A DNA stretch of 64,000 nt from Tubiluchus corallicola. Taxonomy: Eukaryota > Animalia > Priapulida. The translations under genes and the position numbers were made by a program. Positions 50,291-64,000 of this stretch are shown here, piece by piece (the first letter of the stretch is position 1; every line of letters begins with the position of its first letter). The notes under the pieces are model-generated. The model saw only the letters and a list, made by a program, of their open reading frames with translations, ran no database searches and was not told the DNA's origin. The stretch spans positions 186,001-250,000 of the forward strand of contig JAQGDQ010000029.1 of the NCBI GenBank assembly GCA_030141605.1, given 5' to 3'.

Positions 50291-53200
50291 AGCATCTTTA
50301 AGCATCTAGACGTATTTACAAATAACGGTTAAAAACAACTTTTAGTTGTTTATAAATGACAATTTCTTTACAAAGCTTGGTTCTATTGTAACGTTACCTT
50401 GAATATTATTGTTGTTACTATGAGTCTGTCTAAAATATCTAAAGGATATATGAGTATATATGTAGCGTTTGAGCTACACAGAGATTATAGAGAACTTGCA
50501 GTTAGGAAAAAGAGAGATAAGGAGAGAAACTGGTAGAACGGGGCAGAGAGGAAAAAGGAAAGTGAGAGACAGTGCGTGTGTGAGAAGGAGGGAAAGGAGG
50601 GCAAATGGGAGTGAAAGGAGAAAGAAAGCAAAGGAAACAATAAAAGAATGTTTGAGCGCGAGAGAGAAAGAATTGTATCAAATAATACTGAGAGATAGAA
50701 ATCATGTATGAATTAATGTCTCAGTATCGGAATAACAATTGCGCTATTAGAGATAGTAAAATATTAACACACTCGGTCAGTCCGCAGATTTACTGAGCAC
50801 TGAGTAAATTATTTAGAGAGATTCCATTACTGAATGCCTGTGATGTAAAACATTTTCTCGGGAACTTTCAACAGGTTTTAAGTTTTCCTTGCCGCCTAGT
50901 TTCTAGTACGCCTTGCTTGCTTCTCAAGCACCGTATAATATAACCACGCCTCAAGGTTTTCACTTTTACAATGGGCCGAGTACGAAGGCCACGTACTTTG
51001 TAGTGACTGTGTTGCAACTGTTAAAGGTGATGGAGACTGTCCTTGCTAGAGCACGTTAAGTGGCTATTTTACACATGTAAGTCATTTTTACTCAGTTGTA
51101 GTAGTTGTTGTTATTTAAAATATATTATATAAGGTCACATGATGACAAATTTGTTAAACACATAAGTACGTCAGGCTATAAGCGTAGGTAATTGAGTGTG
51201 TTTAAGCAATTTTGCCGTCGGTCGTTCTACGGTTATATAGTTCCCGAGAGGTTCACCTTTCTCACATTATACAATATATCATTAGACGTTTGCCAAAATT
51301 ATTACAACGCATATCTCATTATTATCATTTCCTTCTCCTTCACACACTATCTCTTTTTTCCTTATTTCCTCTCTCTCTCTCTCTCTGTCTCGCTCTCTTC
51401 CCAGTTTGTCTCTCCTTGTCTCTCCTTTTTCCTACTGACAGTTCTCTATAATAATGCGATTATTTGTAGCCAAAACATGAATAATTCACGCAAACGTAAT
51501 TACTGCGAGCCTGTTTTATATGTTATCTCTGTAACTTCTTTGCTCATTTGTTGAAAGTTTTGTTCAAATGCACCTTTGATAACAAATCTGTTTTTGTCGG
51601 AGATACGTCCGTAAGCTAATCAATAATCCCGATGATCCCTGATCGCTGAACGCTAAAATATAACAATTTTTAATTATTCGTAAACGTAATTTTAATGTTT
51701 TAAAAGGTAAGTGCCATGGGCATCTGTTGTTCAGTATCGTGGAATGTTGTTAAAAACAACATAGACTAAAGCATTTCCTCTTCAAGCAATGCTAGCTCAA
51801 GTCTAAACGCGTTCCCGTTCTCTCAAACTAAGGTGTACATAAACTTTTCTGTAAGTGGGCGAAAATTGCTAGAAAAATTATTTTCGCTGCACGTTTTCCC
51901 GATGGCATCGATTTGAGAAATAAATCATTATTTGAGAACACGATCGATTGAGACAAGGACACCTTTAATTCGCTATGAGAATGATGAAGTATGGAGAGAT
52001 AAAAACCACGACTGAGAACAAAATAGATCGACACCTTTAGTTCTCTATATAAATGAATAGAATTATGAAGTATGGAGAATTAAACATGGTGAAGCATGGA
52101 GACAGACACGGCAATGGAGAGCAGAATGGATCGAGATTATGTAGTTCGTTATGAGAATGGAAGAATATGGAACAACAGCAAACTTGACGGAACACTGTAA
52201 AATCTTCAAAAACAATAACATTGGCGAGCACGACTTTTCGGTGCCTGAGTAACTTGAGCCCTCACTTAATTGATCCCCCTCAAACTAGCTACCCACCGAC
52301 GTTACTTACTCGCATATTTCAAACTCTGATCTGAGGGGTTTAACTTGTACAAATTGCTTCTAACGTTTTTTTTCAATTCAAAAATACTTTGTGTAGGCCT
52401 AGTCATTTACTTGTTTTCTTGTACTTATTTTGCTCAAAATTGTTATAAAATGTAAACAGTGTAGGTGAATTGTTCAGGGACATAGGTCCCTATCATAAGG
52501 TCTAATTAGGCTATTGGGAAAATTGGTTATTCTTTCATCATAAACCAAGACGTTTGTAAAAAACGGCATTTGCAGTAGATTAGTTAACTAGTGGTTTTGC
52601 TAGAATTGTGAACCGGGCAACCATCGTGGTTTGTCGTCGTTGACTGTATTGTAATATCAGAGACGGCTATCAGATTAGTACCGTCTTTAATATTGCTAAA
52701 GGTAATTAAGCTGAGTATTATAACGTCCGACCCGTTAAACATTTCCAACAGTTTTTTAAAGCAGTTCTGTACTCTGCAAGTCGCGATCCAGTAATGAATG
52801 GCAGGGTCTACTTGAAGGAGATATAGTTGTGGCGGAACTGGTATCTCTTTAATTAACTAAGATAATTCTCCAAATAAAATACTGAACTGACACATAATAT
52901 CTCAGCTACGTTTCATATCCGGAGTGTAAGTAAAATTTTCTGAAAGACTATTGTATAAAATAATTATAAATATTAAAATGCGCTCGCTGCTACAGTGAAT
53001 AGATAATAGCCCCACTTATCCACTAATCTGTTTTAATTTAAACCACATACCAGATACAGACCTCCTTAATATTTTTCACCTTTCCTAGATTCTTTTACAT
53101 ATATCGATGTCTTTCCAAAATACTTATCAGTACCACGAATAAAACTTTCTAAATATTAAAATTTTATTGCCCACCTGTATTATAATAGTTTAGGCATTGT

Positions 53201-54724
53201 AACTGTTGCTTGTTCCCGCAGGCAGAGTTTCATGAAAGGTAGCCGGTTTATTAATGGCAGACGCATGCCATATTGACCAATTTCATTAAATTAACATTTT
53301 GTATGACTGACTTTCAGCGCTCGTAAATATTATTACATTACGAGAATCAGGTAACATTTAAAATTTATTGAATTTAAATTTAAATTTATGGTGAATGAGT
53401 GGAATTTTTTGCCTTAAAACAAAATTGTTGAATATGGTGGTTGTATATTGTATTTTTGCTTTTATCAAGGTCAAAGGTCACCAGGATAGACTTATCAACA
53501 TGCAGCGCGAAATGCAAAATATATTATTCTGGTCACTGTTTTCCACTGGTGTCTGCCTTTTAATATATAAGAATATATAAAGCTGAGCACTTTATAATTC
53601 CACAATGCTTTCCTTATATAAATTTTTGTTCCACTGAATTTCAAAGTTATTCTACTGCATTTGTGTGCTATATCTATTTATTTATTTATTTGGATAGACA
53701 TCAATGGTAGTTCTGTATTCCTGTACAGAGTCATCATTATAATAAAATAAACAATGTTTTATTTGCTTCCTGTTTAAACCATTTAGATTTACTGTTTTCA
53801 CGTCAGAAAAAAATTGTCCACGAAAATTGTTTTGACAGCTAAACATTCTCTAAAATACGCAAAAAGGCTAAAGTAGCTACGTAAATTGCTGAGTGTCTGA
53901 GTTTATTTCTCAAGTCAATATGAATTTGTTATCAGCTTGCCAAAGCTCAAGGCTGATCTTCTAAGGAATTTTTGTTATTTGCTGACCATGTAAAATGGAC
54001 GCTGTTGTGTTCCAGATTGCCTAGAAACAAGTTGACATAGATTCCAAGACAATGTGGAAATTGGATTCTCTCACATATTCGTAACACATTGTTTACCTGA
54101 TTAAATAGCCATAACGCGATTACAAATTTGACCGTAAGCCATTTGCATGAAAATACAATTCTTTTCTCATGTAGCTCCTCCAAAGGCAGACCTGTTAGCC
54201 ACGTACTGAGACAAGTGCTGCAGATAAGGATAAATATGAGTTAAAAAAACTGTTGTTGACGTTGCTTACCGAAAGAACAGACATACAAAAAAACAGCGAC
54301 ACTGCGAGAAGTTAAAATTACTAATATTTATTTCTGAAAGACACTCTCAACAGAACTTTAGAGAAAAATTACACTTTTTAACTTATACCAACGCTTTAAC
54401 TGTGAATAACAACTTTGACTGGTGTGGCTTCAGAAGATAGCAATAGCTGAGAATAAATGTCATAAAACTCTCTGATCTAATTAGCCATTGTGATTTTGTT
54501 TGAGAACGCGTTCCTACGAGGATGCAAAACTGCCACAACGAAACACCATCATAATTCCTGATAATAAACTAACAATAAAATAATAAAATTAGCAATTCAA
54601 TTAAATCAGCATCACTCCGTGACTGAACTTCAACAAAAAACAGAAATAATGAAAATGGCGATGAGCAGAAATGAACAGCAAACGAGTAGTATAATGGCAT
54701 TCACATATTTGTCAGCTTGCTTAT

Positions 54725-54970
54725 ACATTTGCTTTCATTGTCATCATTGTCATTGTTGTCGTCATTGACAATGCCTGTTGCCGTTAGTTTTGATGTCACT
54801 ATTGATGTTGTTGTTTTTATTGTCACAGTTAGCACTGTTGCTGTTACTGCTACAGCTACTGTGCTGTTATTGTCATTGCTCTTGCTGAGTGTCGTTGCTG
54901 TTGTCGTCACCGTCGTTCCTACTGCTGACGCTGTTACTGCCGCTGTCGTCATTTTTATTTTTGTTGTTAA
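54725..54970. repeat. Cryptic trinucleotide (GTT/GCT/GTC) low-complexity tract
   Basis: Period-3 degenerate repeat that opens spurious ORFs on both strands. Confidence 0.75.
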
Positions 54971-55059
54971 AAAGGTGCTGTAATTACGTTTTATTTGAAT
55001 TACAGAACACATTACTAGCAAACGTTCGCGAACAATCAAATTTTTGAAAGGACTGTGAG

Positions 55060-57168
55060 ATGGACCAAGCAGCGTCTAATTCAGAAACAAGCAGCTTGGA
55101 CTACGACATTTCTCATCTACGTTCTGAGCTAAGAGCAATTTTGCAAGAGAAATGTGAAGCGGCAGAAATTGGACTGTTACTACTGAATGAAACTAGTGAG
55201 TTAAAACAACGTGTAAGCGAACTAGAATGTCAGCATGCAACTCAGCTAAAACAGCTTCATCATCTTAATCAGGTTAATTATTATTCATCTTTACAAAATT
55301 CAACCTTTTTTATCAGAAATTCTATGTCATAATCTTTAAAAGAATAGTATTATAAGTCAAAATACGTGTAAAAGTCAAAAGTGTAATTAGTTTAAAATGT
55401 GAATACTCAATTAGCTACAAATAGATGGCGCTCCGTCATACACAACACGATTGCTTTTCATCATCTGTGTGTGGCGTATCAACCAGATTATCAGCGACAT
55501 ATTGAAAGCTAGGAAAACTTTAAAAAACGCATATTTCATTTTTCAGCTACTTAGTACAAACCAGTCGGTGAACCTTCACATTCTAGAAGAAAACGGAAAA
55601 GTCGAAAATGATGCAATAGCGCTGGCAAATGAGAGCATCAGTGAACGACTAGACGAGCTTACCACAGAAATCGACCAGTTAAATTATAAAAAGTGTGTAA
55701 CGCTACGCGTTTTAAATTATTTTTAAATTTGCTGAATTTTTACTTGTGAATTAAAATACATCAAAAGTGTATTTCAAAATTTTTAAGTGTAAACGTTGAG
55801 CATCTTTATTCAATTAAGCATTTCAAAGTTAACTTGAATTGGCGTAGGGTCCCAGCGTTTGCAACCCAAAAGAAATCCAGGCTTTGTTTCACAGATTTTC
55901 AAATTGATGTCTGACAACACGTAATTTTGATTTCGTTCGTTTACGACGCGTATTTGAGTGTGATTTTGCTTAATATATTGTTTTACTATGAGAAATGTCT
56001 ATTATCTCAAACCAGGCAAGCAGAGGAACTTGAAAACGCAACCGGAAATTGTAATTTTTCATTTCCCCTTATTTCTGACTTTGAAATAAAACCATTAGTG
56101 CCATCATGCTTAGCGAAACTGACTGTCACCGTGTCAACATTTTCAAGACTTCGATGCAGACTCTGTCCTGCTAAGCCCATCTTTTGCGTAGTATAGTTGT
56201 TCAAATGCAACCTCTTCGCTACCAACTCGCATACCACTGCATTGCCAATTAAAATGTTACTGATAGGAACGTTTTCAATGAACTGCAGTTAATACATTTT
56301 ATTAGAGCTTAGATATTACGATTAATGACATGTACTTTTATCTGTTACATGTAGTGAAAAATTATATGAAATGGAAGAGGAGAATTCTGAACTAGAACTC
56401 CAAAATGCTGAACTTCTTGACCAAATAGAAGATCTATTCGCGCAAGTTCTTTCCCTCCAGAATGAAGCCAATCAACAGTCTGGAAAATTGAAGGACTGTG
56501 AGCAATTAGAAGAAGACTATATTGCCCTAGACGGACAAGCGGCTTTGTTGAAAAAGTCACATAAGGAATTGTCGACTGCTAAACGAGACAATACCGATTT
56601 ACAAAATCAATTAGAAAATCTTTCTGATGAAGAGAACTCTCTAAAAGCGAAAAATGATTTTATGCAGAAGAAGCTAGAAGAGCTGCAAAGAATTTTATTG
56701 GAATCTCGTTTGAATTCCAAAACGAGTCAAGAAAACATAAAGCAGACGACACAAAAAAGTGACATACCTGTGAAATGTGAGTCTTTAAAAAATGAAGATA
56801 AAATTGAAGTTATGACTGAAAGAGACAACTACATCAGTGCTAATAACAGTGATAAGATTTACAATAGAATATACAGCAATAGTGCCCTAACTATATCCCT
56901 AATCAAAACAATTTCGTTGGACGAGTTGCCTGTTTTTTCGAAACCAATGCAGAAAGTGCTACCGATCCGACGGGCAACATCATCACCTCGAATCAACAGC
57001 TTTACTTTGAAAAACCACGACAAATCGTTTTATTTTTCCTCAAAAGATGGCGGGTTTGTAACTCAACCATGTAACTGTGTCACTGGTTCGATTGCAAATG
57101 AATCAAAGCAAGGACTAGCAACTGTAATTCATAGAATTGATGAGCTCGAATTAGGTGATAGTAGTTAG
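55060..57168 (+). CDS. Bicaudal-D-like coiled-coil protein (CC1-box dynein adaptor family); join 55060-55272, 55547-55692, 56355-57168; ~390 aa
   Basis: LRSEL...QEKCEAAEIGLLLLNE (CC1 box AAxxG) and LKDCEQLEEDYIALDGQAALLKKS, which resembles the BicD LQDYSELEEENISLQKQVS stretch; phase-consistent splice sites CAG|gt, tttcag|, AA|gt, tgtag|T. Confidence 0.7.
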
Positions 57169-60100
57169 TTATATATAGAAGGCAATTAACTACAACTCAA
57201 GTGCAAAAAATATGAACATTATTCTAGTCACTAGTTATAGTGTAAAATGGTGTGAAATAAGTTACTAACGCTTTTTTCCGCTTCAACGCTCTGTAAAAAC
57301 AAAAACCTTGTAGACCTAAGTTCTGTATCTATAAATTTTTTTTGGAACGTTTGCATGTTGACATGTGTGTCATACTCACAGGAAAAGGCCTAAAACGTTC
57401 GAAGATATAAAAATTTTGGTTGCTTTGAGGAACGCATGGCATACTTTCGTAGACGTAATGTAAATTTAACCAAAACTTGACCAGACCATCTATACTTCGA
57501 TAGCAGAAATAGATTTTAGTTTCGAACTTGTTTCAATAATACAAATTAGATTCCATAAAGGACCGCTGTTTTTGCGGCAGTTTGTGTTCTGTTTTTAAAT
57601 TTATACTCCGCTTCTGCAATAAAGTTAATTTTACCAGGTTGAGATGCAGGTATTCGGTAGTGCGAATAACAAAGAAACAATCTTGTGGTTTCGTTGTCAT
57701 CCTGTCATTATTATCATCCCGTTTTGGTTAAAACTATTTTCGTGCAATTTAAAATCATTTCAGTGATAAAGCATCGTGTTAGTCCAGGTTATTCGTAATA
57801 CCTTTGCTACTAAGAAATTTATAATTACTCTACTGTTGAGTGTGTTATGAAGGCATAGGATATGAGTGTACTGTAGTGGTTTGTTTATGTAGAACCACTC
57901 GATTCTGCATCGCTGCTGGAACTAACAGTGCCGTTAACAAATGACATTTTCAAGTTTTAACGATAGGCCCAATTTCAAAAAGTAACCTAGGATTCATTCT
58001 TCTTTTACAAAATTTATGTAAGACACAAATTTTTTAAGCAGAATAGATGTATAGTCAGCACACATGCACATTTTAGTATAGGCAAACTACTTTACGGCAA
58101 TTACACAATGCAATTTGCGATCCGTAGGCCTAGCAGTCTACGGCAGTGAAAGAGCATGTCATTATTAAATAATTATGAACAATCATCTTCAGTCTGAGAA
58201 TGGGGAAGCTAGTGCTGACAGCCGTACGTACCAGTTAAAAAGCCAGTATCACAGATTGACACTGTGTCTGCGGTAGCTTGAATCCGCTCCGCAGTAATTA
58301 CCTTCAAAGGCAATTTTGTTTGCAAACGTTGAAGTAAAATGCGTAACACCGCATTAAACACTCAACAAGCATAAATAATGCAGCAGGGCTCGCAAATTTC
58401 ACTTCCCACGCCCACATCGTCATGTTTGCACAAAAACAGGATACCTTTGTAAGGCGCCCAATTTTGTTATCCCTCAATTTTGTTTCGTCTGAGCCAACTC
58501 CAAACTGGCTTCGGGTGTGACGTCATCATGTTTGTGCGGCTTCAGTTAATGTTATAAACTCACTAGCGTAAATCGGCGTGATACTGTGCTAGTGCGTCAG
58601 ATAAGAGCGACCAAATTTACACTAACGGGAAAATTTATTGACACAGCATAACTAAAATTCTGCGTAAGGTAAGCTGTAGTTTATCTGTTGTAATAAGGAA
58701 GTTTTGATAACGCCAATGGCCTAATTAAACGTTTTAATTTTTGCGACTGCAAATACGAATATAAAAAAATTATTCAGCCATAAAATATAAACAAATTCAT
58801 CATTAGGAAAGAGTTGCAAAAAGGCTTTTCTGTTCCACAATAGTCTATTTATATGCTGTCGCCACAAAAATATCACAAAAGGCACACGTAATGTACATAC
58901 GTTTAAAACGCTAAAAGTGTATCCAATTCTACTCAACGTTAAATTACTACAAATGTTTTGGTGAAAGTTCAGGAATTTTGTTTTGTTATAAATGAGTGAA
59001 CAGTACAGTGATAAATTCAATTTTATTTATAATATTTACTACATAAAACACGGCGTTTTATATATAAATTTAAGAAGACCTATTCCGAAACATGTTAAGG
59101 TAAAAATAAAATCGCAAGCAAAATTTTTAATATTTTAAACATACTCGAACACGAATACGAAAACTTTCAGCCATAAAATTACACACGAATTCATCGATAA
59201 ATAAGAGTTACCCAACGGCTTTTCTGCTCGGCGAAAGCTTATTGTTTACTAAAACATAATTTGTATTTGCAACATTAAAAAATTAATTTATATCCTCGGG
59301 TATTTGTAATCTCGAAAACACAACCTAAAATGCGCGAAACCACGTTCGATGGACTGCAGATGGTCTAGAACTTTAATTAGTTGAATGAAGCTCACCTGAC
59401 TTCATGAAGGCGTCAGCGAAATGAAGTTTTGTTCAATAAAAAGAAGGTTTATGTCACATGCAGATCGGTCAACTTTCATAAAACCGAAGTTTTCTTGGTG
59501 AACCTCGCTGCGAACTCGCAGAGAAACTAGACTTCGAAGCTTCTTGTATAAGCAGTTTCCTGTATAAGAAAACTATTACTAGAACTTGAGAACAATAAAC
59601 ATCATTCTACTAGCTCTTGTCAACTCCGTACAAATCACTCGATCTTGTTACTTTAAGAAGTAAAGACAAATTGGAACAATGGTCTGTTTGTCAATAACAA
59701 TCGTCACATCTGATAGCTGCAAATGTTTTTTACTGAATGCGTAATGAATAGTATCACTTTTAATGTAACTTTTATTGTAGCATTTATTGTAGTGTGACGC
59801 AATGTTTTTATGTTTTTGTCTGGGCTTTATGCTAAAATAAGCTAATCTAACCTAATCGAATCTAATCTTTCCACATAAAAATTGTTGCTTCTGGAAAAAG
59901 AATGAGTCAATAATGTATTGATTGGGTAAAGAGATATTTCGGTCTTTACTAAGACGTTACATAGGAAGTGGCGATAATTTAAATTCACATACTACGAGGT
60001 AACCGCACTGCTAACAATATTAAAACAGAACGTCCAAAAACAGTCCAAACACAGTCAGAGTGTAACTTCGTACCAGTGACGTAAAAATGAAACCAGTAAA

Positions 60101-61159
60101 TTTGCACTTTTTTAATTACCCTTCTTTCTGGGGTGTGTATATTTATAAACACAATTTATAAATTGTATTTATACATTTATTAATAATTATCATTCTGTTG
60201 TTATGGGACTTATTCGTGAGACATATAAACTTAGAGTCGAACGTTTTCACACATAATTGATATACGATAATATAAAATATTAGAGTTTACTTAGATTAAA
60301 AAACCTTTGCTGAGGCAAAGTCTTGATTTTTTGTGTACAATTTGTTATATATGTAGCCTATATCAATTCATAATGTGTGACACATTTCTCAGTGTTGAAG
60401 TGGAGGCTTTTCAACAACCTTAGCTCAAGATTCATTGCAATGCACATGTAACGATTTTTTTTAAATGCTACGAAACTCAAAAAAAGAGTTGGCAACGAGT
60501 TTAGTTTTGTCGACCTATAACCTGCTGCTGTTTCTGTGCCAAATGATTCATAAGTCCACCTAACCCACAAAAATTTGTTAAACCAAGCCGTTTGACCCAA
60601 TCTTATTACACACATTGGTCAGATTTCGATTACTAAAGCCTCATCCCTACTTAATAAAATAACGAGGGCCATTGAAATTTTACAATACATGTTTATATAT
60701 CTAGTAAATTTTAGTAAAGATTTTATCTTTTTCTGTGAAATCAAATGTTGCAGTTATGGAGCTGCCAATCCAATCTTATAAAATATCTTAGAGATATAGC
60801 GCTTTTATAAAGCAGTTAAAACACAGTATAATATTGCCGTCGAAAACATTGTGATTTCAATAATAGCATAAGACTAATTATATTTGTTTACAAACTATTA
60901 TGTTGTGTAATAGTATTAGCTGTTGCTATGACAACGGCAAACAAACGCGATTGCTATCATACTCGACAAGAGCAAATACATTGTAGTCAATCGTGAGCAC
61001 GCTATCTTATTGCAATGTAGGTCTATAGGTAAAAAATGGTAGGTGTTGTAGTTGATTTATAAGATTAAGCTGCTAAGATGAAGTAAAGATCCTCATTTGA
61101 TCATGAGCAAAACACCTGGGCTTTAGAAACCATAAATGGTGTTTTGACGCACTTCAAAC

Positions 61160-61580
61160 TATTACCCATGCACGCCGACAGTTTGCCTGAGCCTGGAAAG
61201 CCTTTCCCCGTCTGTTTGTGTGTGTGTTAATCCGTGTGCGTATCTATCTGCATAACAAACTCAAAATGGTGAACTTATAGTCACCAAACCTGGCCGTGGG
61301 ATATACCTGGGGAACAAACTGGAAATCCATTAATTTGGGGTTTAAAGGGTAAAAAGGTCACAAGATCAAAGATGTGCATAAAATCAATGATATATGCACA
61401 TATAATGATTACCCTACTCTGCATACTGATAAGTCTAGACACGACCCGGACACACGTTCCTTTCCGGCTCATAAATACGAAGATCAAAGTCACAGAGTCA
61501 AAAATTATCAAAATAAATTTTTGTCAGTAGTGACTCATGTCCGGGTATAGGCCTATACCTCCACTGAATACCCTCATTGT
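61160..61580 (+). mobile_element. HINE/DINE-1-like (Helentron-type) non-autonomous repeat
   Basis: tattacc start, GTCTGT/GT microsatellite, ccaaa.ctgg core, aaggtcaca motifs, 3' palindrome ggtataggcctatacc. Confidence 0.55.
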
Positions 61581-62840
61581 GATTTACTCTGCCATTTGTG
61601 ATTTGCTATCGTAACGTTTAAATTGTAGCTCCTTGCGCACAAATGCTATAATTTTACAAATTTGTGAACAGAACTACACTTCACCACAAGATCTGATGCT
61701 TTTTTTTTTAACAATATGTACTTCTGACCAAATTTACGCTTCAAAGTAACGCAAATTATTAAAATTAAATGTTTACTTCAAGTGCAAGTTGCAGTTCTTA
61801 AACAAACTGCGTTTGACACTAGCATCTGCAATTCTAGCACAAATTGCTTCTCAAATTCAAGTTACTCTTCTCAAACAAACTACACTTCTCGCATGAACAG
61901 CACAAAATAAAGTGAATGAATGATACGGTGAGGCACTTATGCTTTTACGATGGTATATTTGTGTTAAGTCGTAAAGATGCACGCTGTAGTACTCAATTTT
62001 CATTTATCAATAAAACAAAGAAACGGCGATAAACTCACGACAATATAATAGAATAAGGATTAGTGAGTGTTTTTTGCAGCAGCTACAGCATGTTTACATC
62101 TGCAACAGTTAAAAAGAACAGAGAGCCTCTAAACAATTTTAGTCCTAAACCATTTTGCAAAGTCTACTGATCAAGCAACAACAAATTGCAAAAAATACTT
62201 TTGTAACAAAACGCCACAAAAGTATGTTTGAATCTCCAAGCTTTTTGCAATGAAAACCCTTATACGTTCCCGCTCATATCTGATTTGTCTACTTACTTTT
62301 GCCAGACTTTATTTCTGCTCATTTCCATGTTCGCTCAAAGCACAAGAAAATACTCTTCATAAATACTGCATAAAAATTCGTTTAAAAATTTTCTATCTCT
62401 TACATGCTGTCTTATTCCATAAAAGGTTCATGTTTGCAGTAACGTTGTATAAAACTTGTAAATTTACTCCTGCGATGACCGTTAGGTGCACCCATGTTAA
62501 GTTGTTTTTAACAAATTTAGGTAACGCTGTGTTCGTAGTTAACGAGTGTAACGCGTACATTCGTAGCACACTCATCGCTAATTAAGCACTTTGTACATGT
62601 ATTGTGAATAATATAAATAACAATAGCGATGTAATGCCGTTTTACCTGGTGGTGCGAATATTTTAAATTATTAAGATTTTTTCCAATATGTAAGTCTTTC
62701 AAACAGGTACGCGTAATGCCAAGTAATATAATTTTGTATGGAAAGTTCTTTAGAATGTTTTTCAAAATTTCTTTCTCGTCTCCTTTCAGTCGCAGGCTTA
62801 AACAGTTGTAGGCGTGACTGTAATCGTAGTTTCTCGTCTT

Positions 62841-63134
62841 TTCTACTTGCTTGCCTGTTTGCTTGCCGGTTTAATGTTTGTTTGCATACATTGCCCCATA
62901 ACAACTTCAGTGTATTTCGTTTTTGTCAGCATGATTGCTACTAAATTGGTTTTCTGACATAGCAGTTTCTTAGCTTGGCTTCTTCGTCTTGTAAACTCTA
63001 GATTTAGTTTTTTTTGCATGTTTAAGTACTTGGCTTCTTTCTCTTTTTCACTATGATGTTTTCTTTGTCTACCCGTTTGCGAACGTATTAACTGAGTATA
63101 ATGGTTCTTCTCTTTCTTCTTGTCTCCATTTGTC
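62841..63134 (-). CDS. Possible terminal exon of an unidentified gene (basic, K/R-rich, ~97 codons)
   Basis: ctctccgtttgcag acceptor, then open frame TNGDKKKEKNHYTQLIRSQ...KQASK*; no recognisable domain. Confidence 0.25.
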
Positions 63135-64000
63135 CTGCAAACGGAGAGATAGGTAAAAATTTTGAGCTTTGTATGTATGTATATTTCTGTATCTGTATAA
63201 CTGTATTATTATTTGTATACGATGTTTTTGAATAAAAGGTTTATAATAATAATTTCTTCCTTTTTCGTTTATTCGTTTTCTTTAAACTAAATCAGTTTAT
63301 CCTCATTCCTTCACACTTGCATGACCATCTTCATAGGTACGGCAAATATCGCAAAACGTTCTGCAAAACTGAGCACATTAAAACCTGCAAAGTGAAAATC
63401 CAAAAAAAGAAACAGAAAATAAGGAAACCGTTTAACCGAGTTTTTTGTAACTTTGTAATGCATTAATGGAACTTGTACTAAGCAGTAAGCTTAGGAACAT
63501 ATCAATATAGTTTTTATAACACTCAGCGGGCGGATCTTTTGTAATAATTCCGCTTACTTCGTCTCTTCAGATTAAAACGTTACGTAAAACTGATACACCT
63601 GTGTCAGCTTCCTTATTCGCAACTTTGTTTGATCAGCTACTTCATTCAACGTATTATAAAATCAGCGAGGTTTTGTTAAATTATTAAATTTTATTCAGAC
63701 AGCGTAATTCATTCAGACAGTAATTGTATAAATGTGTATTGACCAAGTTAAAGTTGTTATTCATCGGCAACAACAACACAACTGATAATGTCGTCTTTGC
63801 GAGAGAAAGCAAATGTTTTACAACATTTACAATACCTCCACCACCTTTTACCCAACTTCTGAATGGCTTCAATTACTTAATTCTACTGACGAGAGTGTTT
63901 TAGTGAATTTTCACGCTTGGTTGAGCAGCTCGCTTTTTGTCGGCAAGTGCTCGTTTGCAGGTGACGCGTTTCGTCACTTTATAGAGCTGCGAATAATCAC

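Noticed and set aside
54701-55039. Thr-rich mucin-like ORF and antisense Val-rich ORF
   Set aside because: Both arise from one cryptic triplet repeat; no splice or domain support
58193-58272. Possible fourth exon of the BicD-like gene (SENGEASADSRTYQLK...)
   Set aside because: Phase is incompatible with the only plausible donor (57155, phase 1), giving an immediate stop; no BicD similarity

Overview
AT-rich animal (invertebrate-type) nuclear DNA with spliceosomal GT-AG introns; nothing prokaryotic and no CRISPR array. Genes reconstructed by hand: (1) minus-strand 10-formyltetrahydrofolate dehydrogenase (ALDH1L), 16 coding exons from ATG 13128 down to 751 (754 codons, frame-consistent, running off the left edge), with a 5'UTR exon and promoter near 16150-16320; (2) two tandem minus-strand unorthodox (AQP11/12-type) aquaporins, each with two coding exons, with pore motifs NPC/NPL (20470-22592) and TPC/NPI (29269-31349); (3) an alpha-1,3-fucosyltransferase (GT10) with an intronless CDS, 39640-41145 (+); (4) a 3-exon Bicaudal-D-like coiled-coil gene (55060-57168, +) that appears to keep only the N-terminal dynein-activating coiled coil. 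Introns and intergenic DNA are full of decayed transposons: CR1/L2-type LINEs (one with a 2A-like DIHYNPGP motif before its endonuclease, split by a hAT-type MITE), an RTE LINE with a 10-bp TSD, a TG..CA element with 38-bp TIRs and a 5-bp TSD, foldback elements, a Tigger-like MITE, a Harbinger-like relic, a HINE/DINE-like element, tRNA-derived relics and microsatellites. Best leads: the divergent superaquaporin pair (one has lost the loop-B Asn), the CC1-only BicD-like adaptor and the 2A-like LINE peptide. No database searches were run; family calls rest on recognised motifs.
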